Shown here: positions 16,501 through 25,687 of the stretch, piece after piece
Numbering within the stretch: position 1 is the first letter of the stretch
How the letters are laid out: every line of letters begins with the position of its first letter
Source: a virus
Lineage: Duplodnaviria; Caudoviricetes
DNA: 33,024 bases
Direction: 5' to 3' (one strand)
IMG/VR virus record: IMGVR_UViG_3300025503_000166
Span: 1 to 33,024 of that record
The notes under the pieces: model-generated
Told to the model about the DNA's origin: nothing
What the model saw: only the letters and a program-made list of their open reading frames with translations
The model's database searches: none
Translations under genes and position numbers: made by a program

Positions 16501-16503
16501 AAA

Positions 16504-16932
16504 GTGATCTACGCGCAGCCATCGGACATGGAAGCCCGCTACCCAGCTCGCGATCTCATCCAGATCACCGACCCCGCCGGCCACGCGATTCAGATCGCGG
16601 CGCTGACCCAGGCGCTAACCGACGCGTCGGCCGAGATCGACGGCTATATCGAAAGCCGCTTCGCGTTGCCGCTGAGCGATCCGCCCGCCGTGCTGAACCG
16701 GTTGGCTTGCGATATCGCCATGTACCGCCTCCAGGCGCTGCGCCCCCTGCATAATATCGAGGACGCGCGGCAACGGTACGAGGACGCCGTCAAAGTGCTG
16801 GAGCAGGTCGCGCAGGGTAAGGTCACGCTGGGACTGTCCAGTGACGGGATCGAGCCGCCGATCGCGCAGGCTGTCGAAATGACCGAGGGCCCGCGCAAGA
16901 TGTTCACGCGGCGGCGGTTGCGAGGCTACTGA
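16504..16932 (+). CDS. Head-tail adaptor (DUF1320, Mu gp36-like)
   Basis: ALTDASAEIDGYI..RF.LPL, ACDIAMYRL, RYEDAVK.L. Confidence 0.92.
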   Translation: MIYAQPSDMEARYPARDLIQITDPAGHAIQIAALTQALTDASAEIDGYIESRFALPLSDPPAVLNRLACDIAMYRLQALRPLHNIEDARQRYEDAVKVLEQVAQGKVTLGLSSDGIEPPIAQAVEMTEGPRKMFTRRRLRGY

Positions 16933-17465
16933 TGAGCGCCGGCATCCAACTCAAGGTCGATATCGACGATCAGGAGCTGCGCACCGCCCTGCGCAAGGTC
17001 GCGCATCGGGTGACCGGCCTGCGTCCCGCATTCGAGTCGATCGGACAGACATTGCTCACGGCCACGCGCCGGCGCTTCGAGACGCAATCCGGTCCTGACG
17101 GCCGCGCGTGGAAAGCACTGGCGCCGTCCACAATTGCAGCCCGACAGCGGCGCAACCGGCGCGGCAGTAAGCGCAAGGCCGCCATGGCGGCACTCTCAGG
17201 CGACAACGGATTGCGAATCCTCTTTGTGACCGGGCGTCTGCTCGGGTCGCTTACCTACAAGGCCACCGAGCGTGCGGTCGCCGTGGGCACCAACGCGAAA
17301 TTTCCCGGCGGCAATTACTCCCGTGCGGCGATCCATCAGCTAGGCGGCGAGCCCGGCATGGCACCAGGCCCAGCGGCCATACCGGCGCGGCCGTTCCTGG
17401 GAGTCAATAGCGCGGATCAGCGCGTGATCGCGCGGCTGCTGATGCGCCATATGGAGGCCGTCTGA
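16932..17465 (+). CDS. Virion morphogenesis/tail completion protein (Mu gpG, P2 S-like)
   Basis: RRFETQSGPDG..WKALAPST, VGTN, AAIHQLG, IPARPFLG. Confidence 0.92.
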   Translation: MSAGIQLKVDIDDQELRTALRKVAHRVTGLRPAFESIGQTLLTATRRRFETQSGPDGRAWKALAPSTIAARQRRNRRGSKRKAAMAALSGDNGLRILFVTGRLLGSLTYKATERAVAVGTNAKFPGGNYSRAAIHQLGGEPGMAPGPAAIPARPFLGVNSADQRVIARLLMRHMEAV

Positions 17466-18316
17466 TGGCGGTCCAACTCGATACGCCCTGGGCGGGTACG
17501 ACATACAACCCGCCGGCGCCGGCGGGGATCGCCGCGATCGAGGCCGCGATTGTCGCGCAGCTCAAGGCGTCATTCGCGACGGTCGCCGGCATGGGCGGGA
17601 TCGATATCGAGCATTTCCCGGATGCGCCGCAAAAGTACCGGGCGGTCAGTCAGCTCGGGACCGTGCTCGTGGTTTACCGCGATGATGACTACAAGGACCC
17701 AGAGCCGACCGACCGGATCGTGCAGGAGCGCGTGCTGCAATTCGAGATCGACGTCATCTCGCGATCGCTGGGATGGGCATACGCCAGCGGCGATCCCAGC
17801 GGTCCGGGCGCGTATCAGATGCTGGGTCAGATCCGCCAGGCGCTGATGGGCTATGCGATTCCCGGGTGCAAGAAGATGTACCCGCGCCGCACCCGCTTCG
17901 TCGAAGATGCAGAGGGCGTCAATTACATCTACGCGATGGACTGGGAGATTCCGACCATGGCGGTCGAAGTCTCTACCGTCGATAACTATCCGGTCCTGAC
18001 CAAGGTGATGGCCCTGGAGGAGAACGCGCAGACCACGATTTCCGTGCCTGCGATCGACTATACCTTCAATGCGCAGGACCAGATTCAGCTCCCGGACCAG
18101 AATATCTCAAGCGTCGTAGTCAAGAGCCAGGACGGCTCGATCACTTATTCGCTGAATATCGATTATTCCGTCGATGCGGTCAACGGCGTCATCACCAACC
18201 TCGGGGGCGCCAGCCTCATTCCGGCCGGCGCGACGGTGTCGGTCGGCTACTCGAAGGCGGACGTCGTAACGGCGATAGCCGGAGGAGGGAACGCGCCGAC
18301 ATGGCCGACCAACTGA
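17465..18316 (+). CDS. Mu gp37-like tail terminator with C-terminal beta extension
   Basis: Position; IEAAIVAQL, GAYQML..IRQALMGY; extra domain with DYSVDAVNGVI. Confidence 0.78.
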   Translation: MAVQLDTPWAGTTYNPPAPAGIAAIEAAIVAQLKASFATVAGMGGIDIEHFPDAPQKYRAVSQLGTVLVVYRDDDYKDPEPTDRIVQERVLQFEIDVISRSLGWAYASGDPSGPGAYQMLGQIRQALMGYAIPGCKKMYPRRTRFVEDAEGVNYIYAMDWEIPTMAVEVSTVDNYPVLTKVMALEENAQTTISVPAIDYTFNAQDQIQLPDQNISSVVVKSQDGSITYSLNIDYSVDAVNGVITNLGGASLIPAGATVSVGYSKADVVTAIAGGGNAPTWPTN

Positions 18317-18642
18317 CAGTGACGGTGCAATTCTCGGAGGATGGTACGCTTTACTACGTGCCCTCGATGGCCGCGAAGCATGCGTGGCTATCGGTCAAGC
18401 GGTACGAGGACCGTGCCGCCGTGCCAGCATCCGTGATGCCTTTCTCCGGACTCTGCCGATGTGCCGCTGGTTACTATCGCACCTTTCTGAACCAGAGTTA
18501 TTTCGCCGTGCGCCTGGGCAAGAGCGAACCGCGCGCGGCCGGCGATCCAATGGTGATGGATTATCGCGACGCGAAGGCCGAGACCCCCGCGGTCGCGCAA
18601 GCCAAGCAAGTGTCGCCTCGCGCGAGAGGCGGAAGGAAGTAA
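18301..18642 (+). CDS. Hypothetical protein upstream of the sheath gene
   Basis: GGAGG upstream; fills the gap between gp37 and the sheath. Confidence 0.55.
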   Translation: MADQLTVTVQFSEDGTLYYVPSMAAKHAWLSVKRYEDRAAVPASVMPFSGLCRCAAGYYRTFLNQSYFAVRLGKSEPRAAGDPMVMDYRDAKAETPAVAQAKQVSPRARGGRK

Positions 18643-18645
18643 CCC

Positions 18646-20229
18646 GTGGCTGCATTTTTTCACGGCGTCTCGATAAACGAGTCCAATATCGGGCCACAGC
18701 CGGTCCGTACCACCCCATCGGCGGTGATCGGCCTGGTGGGATCGGCCCCGAGCTGGCTGGTCGCGTCGCCCGCAGTCGCGGCGCCGCTAAACACGCCCAC
18801 CCTGGTCTCCTCCCAGGTTGATGCGGCGAAATTCGGGCCATTGATTCAGGGGTACTCGATCCCCTACGCCCTGGCGGCGATTCAGCAGCAGAACCTCGGG
18901 AAAGGCTTCGGTCAGGTGATCGTGGTCAACGTGTTCAACCCGGCCACGCACAACACGGCTGTAGTGGCCACCGCATTCGCAATGCCGGCCAGCGGCCCGC
19001 AGGTCGTCAACCTGGGTCACATGGGGATCCTCGGCCCCGGGCTGCCGGGATTCACCGGCGCGACCACCGTGGTGGTGACCAACTCCGCCGCTACGACCAC
19101 CTATGTCGAGGGCACTGATTACGCGGTCGATTACATCAACGGCCTGGTGACCGGCAAGAGCGGGGGGTCCATTACCGCGGGCGAGGCGCTGAAGATCGCA
19201 TTCAGTTACTGCGACCCCAGCAAGGTGGCGGACCCGGACATCATCGGCGCGGTGACCGGCGGCGCGTACACCGGCCTGCAGGCGCTCCAGCTCGCCTACG
19301 GCACGATCGGCTTTTTCCCGTCGATGCTGGTCGCGCCGGGTTATTCCAAGGATGAAACCGTCGCGGCCGCGATGGACTCCCTGTCGTATAAGATCTACGC
19401 CAGAGCGCTGGTGGACGGCGTGCCCGCGACCACCGTTGCTGCGACGATCGCCAATCGCGGCACGGTGGGCAACGTCTTCGACACCAGCAGTAAGCGCACG
19501 GTGCTGTGCGCACCAGGCGCCGATTTTACGGATACCGGGATCATCCCCACCGGGGTCACCGTCTCTGCCGCGGGGACCGCGGCGCAGAACAGCGCGAACG
19601 TGACTGCCGACTCGCCGTTCTCGCAATGGGTAGCAGGCGTTTGGGCCGCGGCCATCCTGCAATACGGCTTTTGGGAGTCGCCGTCGAACAAGGCGATCAT
19701 CGGGGTAATCGGACCGGACGTGGCGATGTACGCCTCTCCTTTCGACGCCGGCGCCGACACCAACACGTTGAACGCGCAGGGAATTGTGACCATCTTCGAC
19801 GCTTTCGGAACCGGGAACCGTGTCTGGGGGAACCGCAGCGCGGCGTACCCGACCAGCACCGCGCCCGATAATTTCGTCGCCATCCGCATGGCGATGGACG
19901 TGATCGAGCAGACGGTGCAGCTCACGTCGATGCAATACCTGGACGGACCGATCACCAATGCCGACATCACCACCGTGCTGCAGGCGGTCAATTCGTATTT
20001 GCGATCGCTGGTGCAGCAGGGCGGCTTGGTCGGCAATCCGCAAGCGACCTTCAACCCGGCCGAGAATCCCGCCAGTCAGCTCGCCGCTGGCCAACTCGTG
20101 CTCGACCTGGACGTGATGCCGCCGCCCCCCATGGAGCGGCTGACCTGGAACGTGATGATCGACACCAGCCAGCTCGCCAGTCTGACCGCTTCCCAGAGCG
20201 CCCAGGCCTCCGGGGTGATCGCCAGCTGA
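18646..20229 (+). CDS. Contractile tail sheath protein (P2 FI-like)
   Basis: FFHGVSI, AVIGLVGSAP, LVAPGYS, GFWESPSN, RVWGNRS, PPPMERL. Confidence 0.95.
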   Translation: MAAFFHGVSINESNIGPQPVRTTPSAVIGLVGSAPSWLVASPAVAAPLNTPTLVSSQVDAAKFGPLIQGYSIPYALAAIQQQNLGKGFGQVIVVNVFNPATHNTAVVATAFAMPASGPQVVNLGHMGILGPGLPGFTGATTVVVTNSAATTTYVEGTDYAVDYINGLVTGKSGGSITAGEALKIAFSYCDPSKVADPDIIGAVTGGAYTGLQALQLAYGTIGFFPSMLVAPGYSKDETVAAAMDSLSYKIYARALVDGVPATTVAATIANRGTVGNVFDTSSKRTVLCAPGADFTDTGIIPTGVTVSAAGTAAQNSANVTADSPFSQWVAGVWAAAILQYGFWESPSNKAIIGVIGPDVAMYASPFDAGADTNTLNAQGIVTIFDAFGTGNRVWGNRSAAYPTSTAPDNFVAIRMAMDVIEQTVQLTSMQYLDGPITNADITTVLQAVNSYLRSLVQQGGLVGNPQATFNPAENPASQLAAGQLVLDLDVMPPPPMERLTWNVMIDTSQLASLTASQSAQASGVIAS

Positions 20230-20269
20230 GCGCAGAGCTTTAACGCGGACCCGTAAGGAGAGAGAGCCG

Positions 20270-20794
20270 ATGCCCGACATTCAAGTGAACTCGCTCAATA
20301 ATTGCGCGGTGTACATCGATGGGATCGGCTATATCGGTCGCGCCAGCGAGGTCGATGTCGCCCATCCCAAACAGGTGATGACCGATTACAAGGGCGCCGG
20401 CATGGTCGGCAAACTCGAGCTGTGGGCCGGGGTGGACAAGCTCGAGTCGCGCATCAAGTGGGCGAGTTTCGACACCACGGCATTGCTCGCGGCCAGCGAC
20501 TTCACCGTCGCGCATATGTTCCAGGTACGCGGCAACTTGCAGCAATACAACTCGCTGGGCCTGGCGGCCGAATTGCCCGTGGTCTACCTGATGACCGGAG
20601 TCTTCAAGGACGGCGGCAAGGCCGCGTTCAAGCACCAGGAACAAGTCGAGACCGAATCGACGATCAGCGTCTATCACACCGAGCTGTGGGTGGCCGGCAT
20701 CCAGATCTTCTTGTACGACGTGTACTCCAACACCTACATGGTCGGCGGTATCGACAAGCTTGCCGCGATGAAAGCCAACCTCGGCCTGATCTAA
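20270..20794 (+). CDS. Tail tube protein (P2 FII-like)
   Basis: VYIDG.GYIG, GMVGKLEL..GVDKLE, VGGIDKL; follows the sheath. Confidence 0.92.
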   Translation: MPDIQVNSLNNCAVYIDGIGYIGRASEVDVAHPKQVMTDYKGAGMVGKLELWAGVDKLESRIKWASFDTTALLAASDFTVAHMFQVRGNLQQYNSLGLAAELPVVYLMTGVFKDGGKAAFKHQEQVETESTISVYHTELWVAGIQIFLYDVYSNTYMVGGIDKLAAMKANLGLI

Positions 20795-20826
20795 CTCGGG
20801 CCGCGAGAAGGGAGCGTAATCCGTAA

Positions 20827-21204
20827 ATGGCCGAGCAACTGACGGTGAATGGAGTGCCAGTCCAGCGCGCGGCGCAATGGACTGCCGACCGCACTATCAC
20901 GCTGCCGAGCGGCGCGAGCGCCGAGATCCGCAAGGGCAAAGGCCGCGACCTGCGGCGCGTGATGACGCGCCTGGCCGCGGCCGCGGGCAGAGAGGAGGAC
21001 AGCGCCGGCGCCGACGCGGTCTTTGGGTTGATCGCCGAGCTGGTGCGCGTCGAAGGTGCCCCGATCATGCTCGAGGACCTGGAGGAGATGGAGCTGGCGG
21101 ACGTGTTCATGCTCCAGAATGAGGTAGTTGGCCGAAATTTTTCGCCTGCTCGGCGCCCGGTCTCCTCGCCCTCGTCGAGCGCGGGTTCTCCCTCGCGGAA
21201 CTGA
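20827..21204 (+). CDS. Tail assembly chaperone (gpE-like)
   Basis: ITLPSG, RKGKGRDL, EDLEEMELAD; lies between tube and tape measure. Confidence 0.82.
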   Translation: MAEQLTVNGVPVQRAAQWTADRTITLPSGASAEIRKGKGRDLRRVMTRLAAAAGREEDSAGADAVFGLIAELVRVEGAPIMLEDLEEMELADVFMLQNEVVGRNFSPARRPVSSPSSSAGSPSRN

Positions 21205-21302
21205 GCGAGATGGAGCTTGAGGAGATCGCGATGTGGCTGCGCACGTCGATGGCGGCCGAGGCCGCCAAGGCGCGCGCCATTCGCGACGCCGGGCGCGAGT
21301 AA
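21135..21302 (+). other. -1 programmed frameshift site and gpE'-like extension
   Basis: Slippery A AAT TTT (21135-21141); -1 frame reads FACSAPGLLALVERGFSLAELSEMELEEIAMWLR... to TAA 21302. Confidence 0.82.
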
Positions 21303-21333
21303 CGCAAACGCAACACGGGCGGACTAATTGATT

Positions 21334-21645
21334 ATGACCAGAGTGTTTGTCGGCAATCTTTCCTACGACGCAGACGAGCATGATCTGCGCGGGCTGTTCA
21401 GCGCGGCCGGCGCGCTGGAGGGGATCGAGATCGTGCGCGATCGCCAGACTGGCAATTCACGCGGTTTCGGCTTCGTCTCCTTCATGATGTCGAGCGACGC
21501 CGAGCGGGCGGTCGAGGACCTCAATGGCCAGGATCTCAAGGGGCGCCCACTGCGCTTGGAGTTGGCCCGGGCCCGCGAGCCGCTGCGCGAGCGCCATGAT
21601 CGCAGGGTGCATGAGACGGCGACCGCGACGCGCCGCCGCTGGTAA
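21334..21645 (+). CDS. RRM-domain RNA-binding protein
   Basis: RNP2 VFVGNL, RNP1 RGFGFVSF, LNGQDLKGRPLRLELA, Arg-rich tail. Start ATG 21334 or TTG 21328. Confidence 0.93.
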   Translation: MTRVFVGNLSYDADEHDLRGLFSAAGALEGIEIVRDRQTGNSRGFGFVSFMMSSDAERAVEDLNGQDLKGRPLRLELARAREPLRERHDRRVHETATATRRRW

Positions 21646-21668
21646 GGAGCAACTGAGGGTATCGCGGG

Positions 21669-23564
21669 ATGTTCGGGAACCTGCTCAATTTCGCGTTGAC
21701 GATCAAGGCGATCGACCAAGCCAGCCGCGTCATCAAGGGCGTGCAGGAGCACGTCGAGAACCTGAACGCGTCCGTCAAGGCGACGGGCGCGATGCGGGAA
21801 TACGCGCAGAATCTGGCGATGGTGGGAGCGGGATTCGGCGCGGCCGGCGCCGCCGGCCTGTACGCGATCAAGGAAGCGATCGAGCCGTTGATGGAATTGG
21901 ACGCCGCGCAGCGCCATCTGCTGACCGCGCTGCCCGCCGGCGCCGAAGGGATGCGCCAGATGCGCGCGGCGACCGAAGCGGCCGCGGCTGCGTCGATCAA
22001 GTTCAACGTCTCGCAGGAAGATTACCTGCAAAATGTCTATCTCGGCGTGTCCGCCGGGCTCTCATTCAATGCCGCGATCGCCAATGCCACCGACTCGATA
22101 GAAGTGGCGAAGGGCACGATGGGGGACGCGGCCGAAACCGGGCGCATCCTCGGTCAAGTGTACAACGATTTCGGCGACACGACGCGCGCGGCTGGGCCAC
22201 AGGTGCAGCATTTCGCGGACGTGGTGGCGTATGCGGTGCGGCAGTTCGCGTTCAAGAATGTGGGCGAGTTCAACGAGGCGCTGAAGGAATCGATCGGCGC
22301 CGCAAAAGCCGCGGGGCTCTCTTTCGAGGAGACCACCGCGCTGGTCGCCGGTTTCCAAAAAGTGGGAATTACCGGCAGCGAGGCCGGTAGCGCGATCCAG
22401 GAGATGATGCAGGCTATCGCGCGAGGCGGATTCGAGAAATTGGGTGTGCCGCTTGAGCGCTTTAACAACGGCGCGATCGACGTTATCGGCACGCTGACCA
22501 ACTTCAAGCGCGCCATGGGCGACGGGGTCATCACGGCGGAGCAATTTCAGCGCGTGTCCAAGGCGCTGGGCGTGCGCGGCTCGCGGTTGCTCACCCTGGA
22601 CCCGGCGCAGCTCGCGGCGATGCATGATCTGCTGACGAGCAGCACGGTAGTGGGGGCTGCCGCCCAGGGCGCCCAGATTGTGAGCGCCGGCGCTATTGAA
22701 CAGCTCGGGCGACTCAGCCAGGCGTGGACGCAACTGCGCGAGGCTTTTGGGCAGCCGATCTTCAATTCGATGGGGCCGTGGATCGCGGACCTGGTGGGCG
22801 CGGTCAAGTGGGTGATCCAGCTCGCGAAGGCGCATCCCGAGGTGGTCAAGATGGTTGCGCTGTTCACCGCGTTCGCCTCGGTGGCGGCGGTGCTGGTGGG
22901 GGGACTGTTGGTGGTGGGCGCTGCACTCGCCGCCGCCGCGAGCTTCGGGGTAGCACTCGGCCCAGCGATAGCGACAATCGCCACCATCGTGGTCGGGATC
23001 GGCGCGATCGGCACGGCGGCCGTGATGGTCGGCCCGCGGCTTTATCGCGCGTTCGAGGCCCAGATGAAACGGCTGGAGGCGCTGGGCTTCGGCAGCGGGA
23101 CGGCGTTCGTCCTCGCGATCGCCCACGGAATTACTGCCGTGGGCGCCAAGGTATATGACGCTCTCGCGTCGGTGTTGCACGATGCGCGCAAACTGTTGCC
23201 ATTTTCGCCAGCGAAGGAAGGCCCGCTGCGCGATCTCCATCGGGTGCGTATCGTGCAGACGATCGCAGAGCAGATTCGGCCCGCGCCGGCGGTCCTCGCG
23301 ATGCGGCGGGTGGCCGCGGCCGTCGCTATCGCGGCGGTCCCGACCTTCGCCGCTGCTCCCACGTTCGCGCTGGGTACGGCGCCTCGCGCTGGCTCAGTCG
23401 CGGCCGCGGGCGGCGCAACGATGAACATTACGGTCAACGCGCCAGTGACTATTCATCACGCGGGCAGCGAGCAGGACCTGGGCCGGGCGCTGGAACAGCA
23501 TCGGCGCAAGATCGCTCGCCTGGTCGCGGACGAAGTGGCCACGCGCAATCGGACGAGGTTCTAA
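21669..23564 (+). CDS. Tail tape measure protein
   Basis: TIKAIDQAS, GITGSEAGSA, hydrophobic Ala/Gly stretch, LLPFSPAKEGPLRDL. Confidence 0.92.
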   Translation: MFGNLLNFALTIKAIDQASRVIKGVQEHVENLNASVKATGAMREYAQNLAMVGAGFGAAGAAGLYAIKEAIEPLMELDAAQRHLLTALPAGAEGMRQMRAATEAAAAASIKFNVSQEDYLQNVYLGVSAGLSFNAAIANATDSIEVAKGTMGDAAETGRILGQVYNDFGDTTRAAGPQVQHFADVVAYAVRQFAFKNVGEFNEALKESIGAAKAAGLSFEETTALVAGFQKVGITGSEAGSAIQEMMQAIARGGFEKLGVPLERFNNGAIDVIGTLTNFKRAMGDGVITAEQFQRVSKALGVRGSRLLTLDPAQLAAMHDLLTSSTVVGAAAQGAQIVSAGAIEQLGRLSQAWTQLREAFGQPIFNSMGPWIADLVGAVKWVIQLAKAHPEVVKMVALFTAFASVAAVLVGGLLVVGAALAAAASFGVALGPAIATIATIVVGIGAIGTAAVMVGPRLYRAFEAQMKRLEALGFGSGTAFVLAIAHGITAVGAKVYDALASVLHDARKLLPFSPAKEGPLRDLHRVRIVQTIAEQIRPAPAVLAMRRVAAAVAIAAVPTFAAAPTFALGTAPRAGSVAAAGGATMNITVNAPVTIHHAGSEQDLGRALEQHRRKIARLVADEVATRNRTRF

Positions 23565-23863
23565 TGCACAGCGTAAGTCTGGAGCCGGGATACGGAGAGA
23601 GCGCGCGGGTCGATCGCACGCAAGAACCCGAACTGCGCCTGATGAGCGCCGTGTTGAAGGATGCCCTGGAGCATTACGCGCGCTCCCCACACGGCCCTGG
23701 GCGCAAGGCAGCGCTCGCGCGAGAGGCGCGCGCATGGGTCCGTGACGACAGCGATTCCCTCTTCGGCTTTCGGAGTGTCTGCGAGCATCTGGAGATCGAC
23801 GCCGCCGCGCTGCGCGCGGCGCTTGCGGAGCGCGAGGCTGCGCGCGTGGAGGGCTCCCTCTGA
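23564..23863 (+). CDS. Small helical hypothetical protein
   Basis: Coupled on both sides (TAATG, TGATG); PELRLMSAVLKDAL...EARAW...FGFRSVCEHLEID. Confidence 0.75.
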   Translation: MHSVSLEPGYGESARVDRTQEPELRLMSAVLKDALEHYARSPHGPGRKAALAREARAWVRDDSDSLFGFRSVCEHLEIDAAALRAALAEREAARVEGSL

Positions 23864-24447
23864 TGTTCGCGCAGCTCGGCGATATTACCTTCGAGGTCCT
23901 CGGCTCGCCGGAATCGATGCGGATCACGCGCGGCTGGCGTTACCCCGAGCATCCCGTTATCGACGGGCTGCCCAAGCTGCAAGCGGTCGGCGCTGCGCTC
24001 GACCAGATTGAGCTGGACCTGCGATTGCACGCGAGCATCGCGCCGCCGGCGGCGCAGCGCGACGCGATCTACGCGATGGCGGATCAGCAGGTGGCCGCGC
24101 CGCTGGTTTTCGGCAGCGGAGTCCATCGCGGCTACTTCGTCGTCACCGACGCGACCGAGGCGACCGCGCTAACCACCGACAGCGGCGACCCGATCGCGAT
24201 CGAGATGCATCTGACGCTGAAGGAGTGGTCGCCCGGCGCGGCGCTGAATCCGAACGCGCCGCCCAAGCCGGCGACCGCGCCCCCCGCGATTATCCAGGGT
24301 GCCGCGCCAGGCGCGACGAGCACGCGCTCCGCGGCGGGCGCCGGGACCTCGGCCCTGATGAGCCTGGGCAGCGCGGTGCCCTCGATTCCGGCGACCTCAA
24401 ACCCGGCGTCGGTGCCGTTAACGACGATCGTCAGGAGCGATAGCTGA
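23863..24447 (+). CDS. Tail tube initiator (P2 gpU-like)
   Basis: MFAQLGDITF, YPEHPVI..LPKLQ, PLVFGSG..RGYFVV, LTLKEW. Confidence 0.88.
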   Translation: MFAQLGDITFEVLGSPESMRITRGWRYPEHPVIDGLPKLQAVGAALDQIELDLRLHASIAPPAAQRDAIYAMADQQVAAPLVFGSGVHRGYFVVTDATEATALTTDSGDPIAIEMHLTLKEWSPGAALNPNAPPKPATAPPAIIQGAAPGATSTRSAAGAGTSALMSLGSAVPSIPATSNPASVPLTTIVRSDS

Positions 24448-24674
24448 TGGCTGCTTCCGCGCCATACATGATGCACGCCGCGCTGGGCGGCGAGCGATGG
24501 GATCAGATCGCGTGGACATATTACGGCGATCCCACGCTGATTAGTCCGATCATCATGGCGAATCCGAGCGTGCCGATCGTCGCGGCGCTCGACCCGGGGA
24601 CGCAAATCATGGTGCCGCTCCTGGAGCAATCGCAGCCCGTCGCGAGCGAACTGCCCCCGTGGGAGACCCTCTGA
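24447..24674 (+). CDS. Tail protein X (LysM-like)
   Basis: GERWDQIAWTYYGDP, IIMANP, LPPW. Confidence 0.9.
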   Translation: MAASAPYMMHAALGGERWDQIAWTYYGDPTLISPIIMANPSVPIVAALDPGTQIMVPLLEQSQPVASELPPWETL

Positions 24675-25687
24675 TGGCGGCGCTGGCGACAATACCGGTG
24701 CGCCGCCCGCGATGGCATCTCAGCTATCAGGGGATGGCGATCACCACGCGGATTGAATCGATGGTGCGGTCGGTCAAGTACACGTCCAAGCTCGCCGGCG
24801 ATGCCAGCGAGATGGAAATCGAGGTCGAGGATCGCGATCGCAAATGGCAGGGACCGTGGCTGCCGCAGCGCGGCGATCGCGTGAGCCTGATGATCGGGTA
24901 CGGCGGCGAGGCGCTGGCCGACTGCGGCCATTTTCAGATCGACGAGGTCGAGCTCGACGACTCGCCCGAGGACGTGGTGCACATGCGATGCGTGGCGGCG
25001 TATATCACGCCCGCGATGCGCACCGCGAACACGGTGGGCTGGGAGAATCAGAGCCTGCCCGCGATCGCGGCCGCGATCGCGGCGAAGTATGGCCTCACGG
25101 TGGTGGGAGCGCCGGCGGTGACGGTCAATTTCGCGCGGGTGACGCAGCGCCAGGAGACCGACCTGGCATTCCTGAAGCGCCTAGCCGAAGAGAGCAACTA
25201 CGAATTTTCGGTGCGCGGCAACAAGCTGGTTTTCTACGCGCGGCCGGTGCTCGAAGCGCAGGCGCCGGTGCTGACCATCCAGCGCTCGCACCTGACCCGC
25301 TTTCGCGCCAAGACGCAGACCGAGACCCATCAGGTTTACAGCGCCGCGCAGGTCTCATGGCTCGACCCCGCGAGCAAGTCGCTGGTCACCGCGACCGTGC
25401 AAGCCGACACTCCAGTGCCCACCGGCGACACGCTGGTAATCCGGCGCCGGATGGAGAACGGCGCGCAGGCCGCGATGTACGCGCGGTCGGCACTGCATCA
25501 ACTGAACATGCTCCAGACCACGGGCACAATCGCAGCGCCAGGCGAAACGCTCTTCGCCGCGGGCTCCAACGTGATGCTTTCGGGATGGGGCAGCTTCGAC
25601 GGCAAATATCAGATTCGCGAGGCGCACCATACGATGACGCGCGAGGCGGGATGGGGAACCGAAATGGAGGTGCGCCGTGTCGCGTGA
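24674..25687 (+). CDS. Baseplate hub (P2 gpD-like)
   Basis: CGHFQIDEVE, RVTQRQETDLAFLKRLA, GWGSFDGKY; TGATG coupling. Confidence 0.9.
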   Translation: MAALATIPVRRPRWHLSYQGMAITTRIESMVRSVKYTSKLAGDASEMEIEVEDRDRKWQGPWLPQRGDRVSLMIGYGGEALADCGHFQIDEVELDDSPEDVVHMRCVAAYITPAMRTANTVGWENQSLPAIAAAIAAKYGLTVVGAPAVTVNFARVTQRQETDLAFLKRLAEESNYEFSVRGNKLVFYARPVLEAQAPVLTIQRSHLTRFRAKTQTETHQVYSAAQVSWLDPASKSLVTATVQADTPVPTGDTLVIRRRMENGAQAAMYARSALHQLNMLQTTGTIAAPGETLFAAGSNVMLSGWGSFDGKYQIREAHHTMTREAGWGTEMEVRRVA

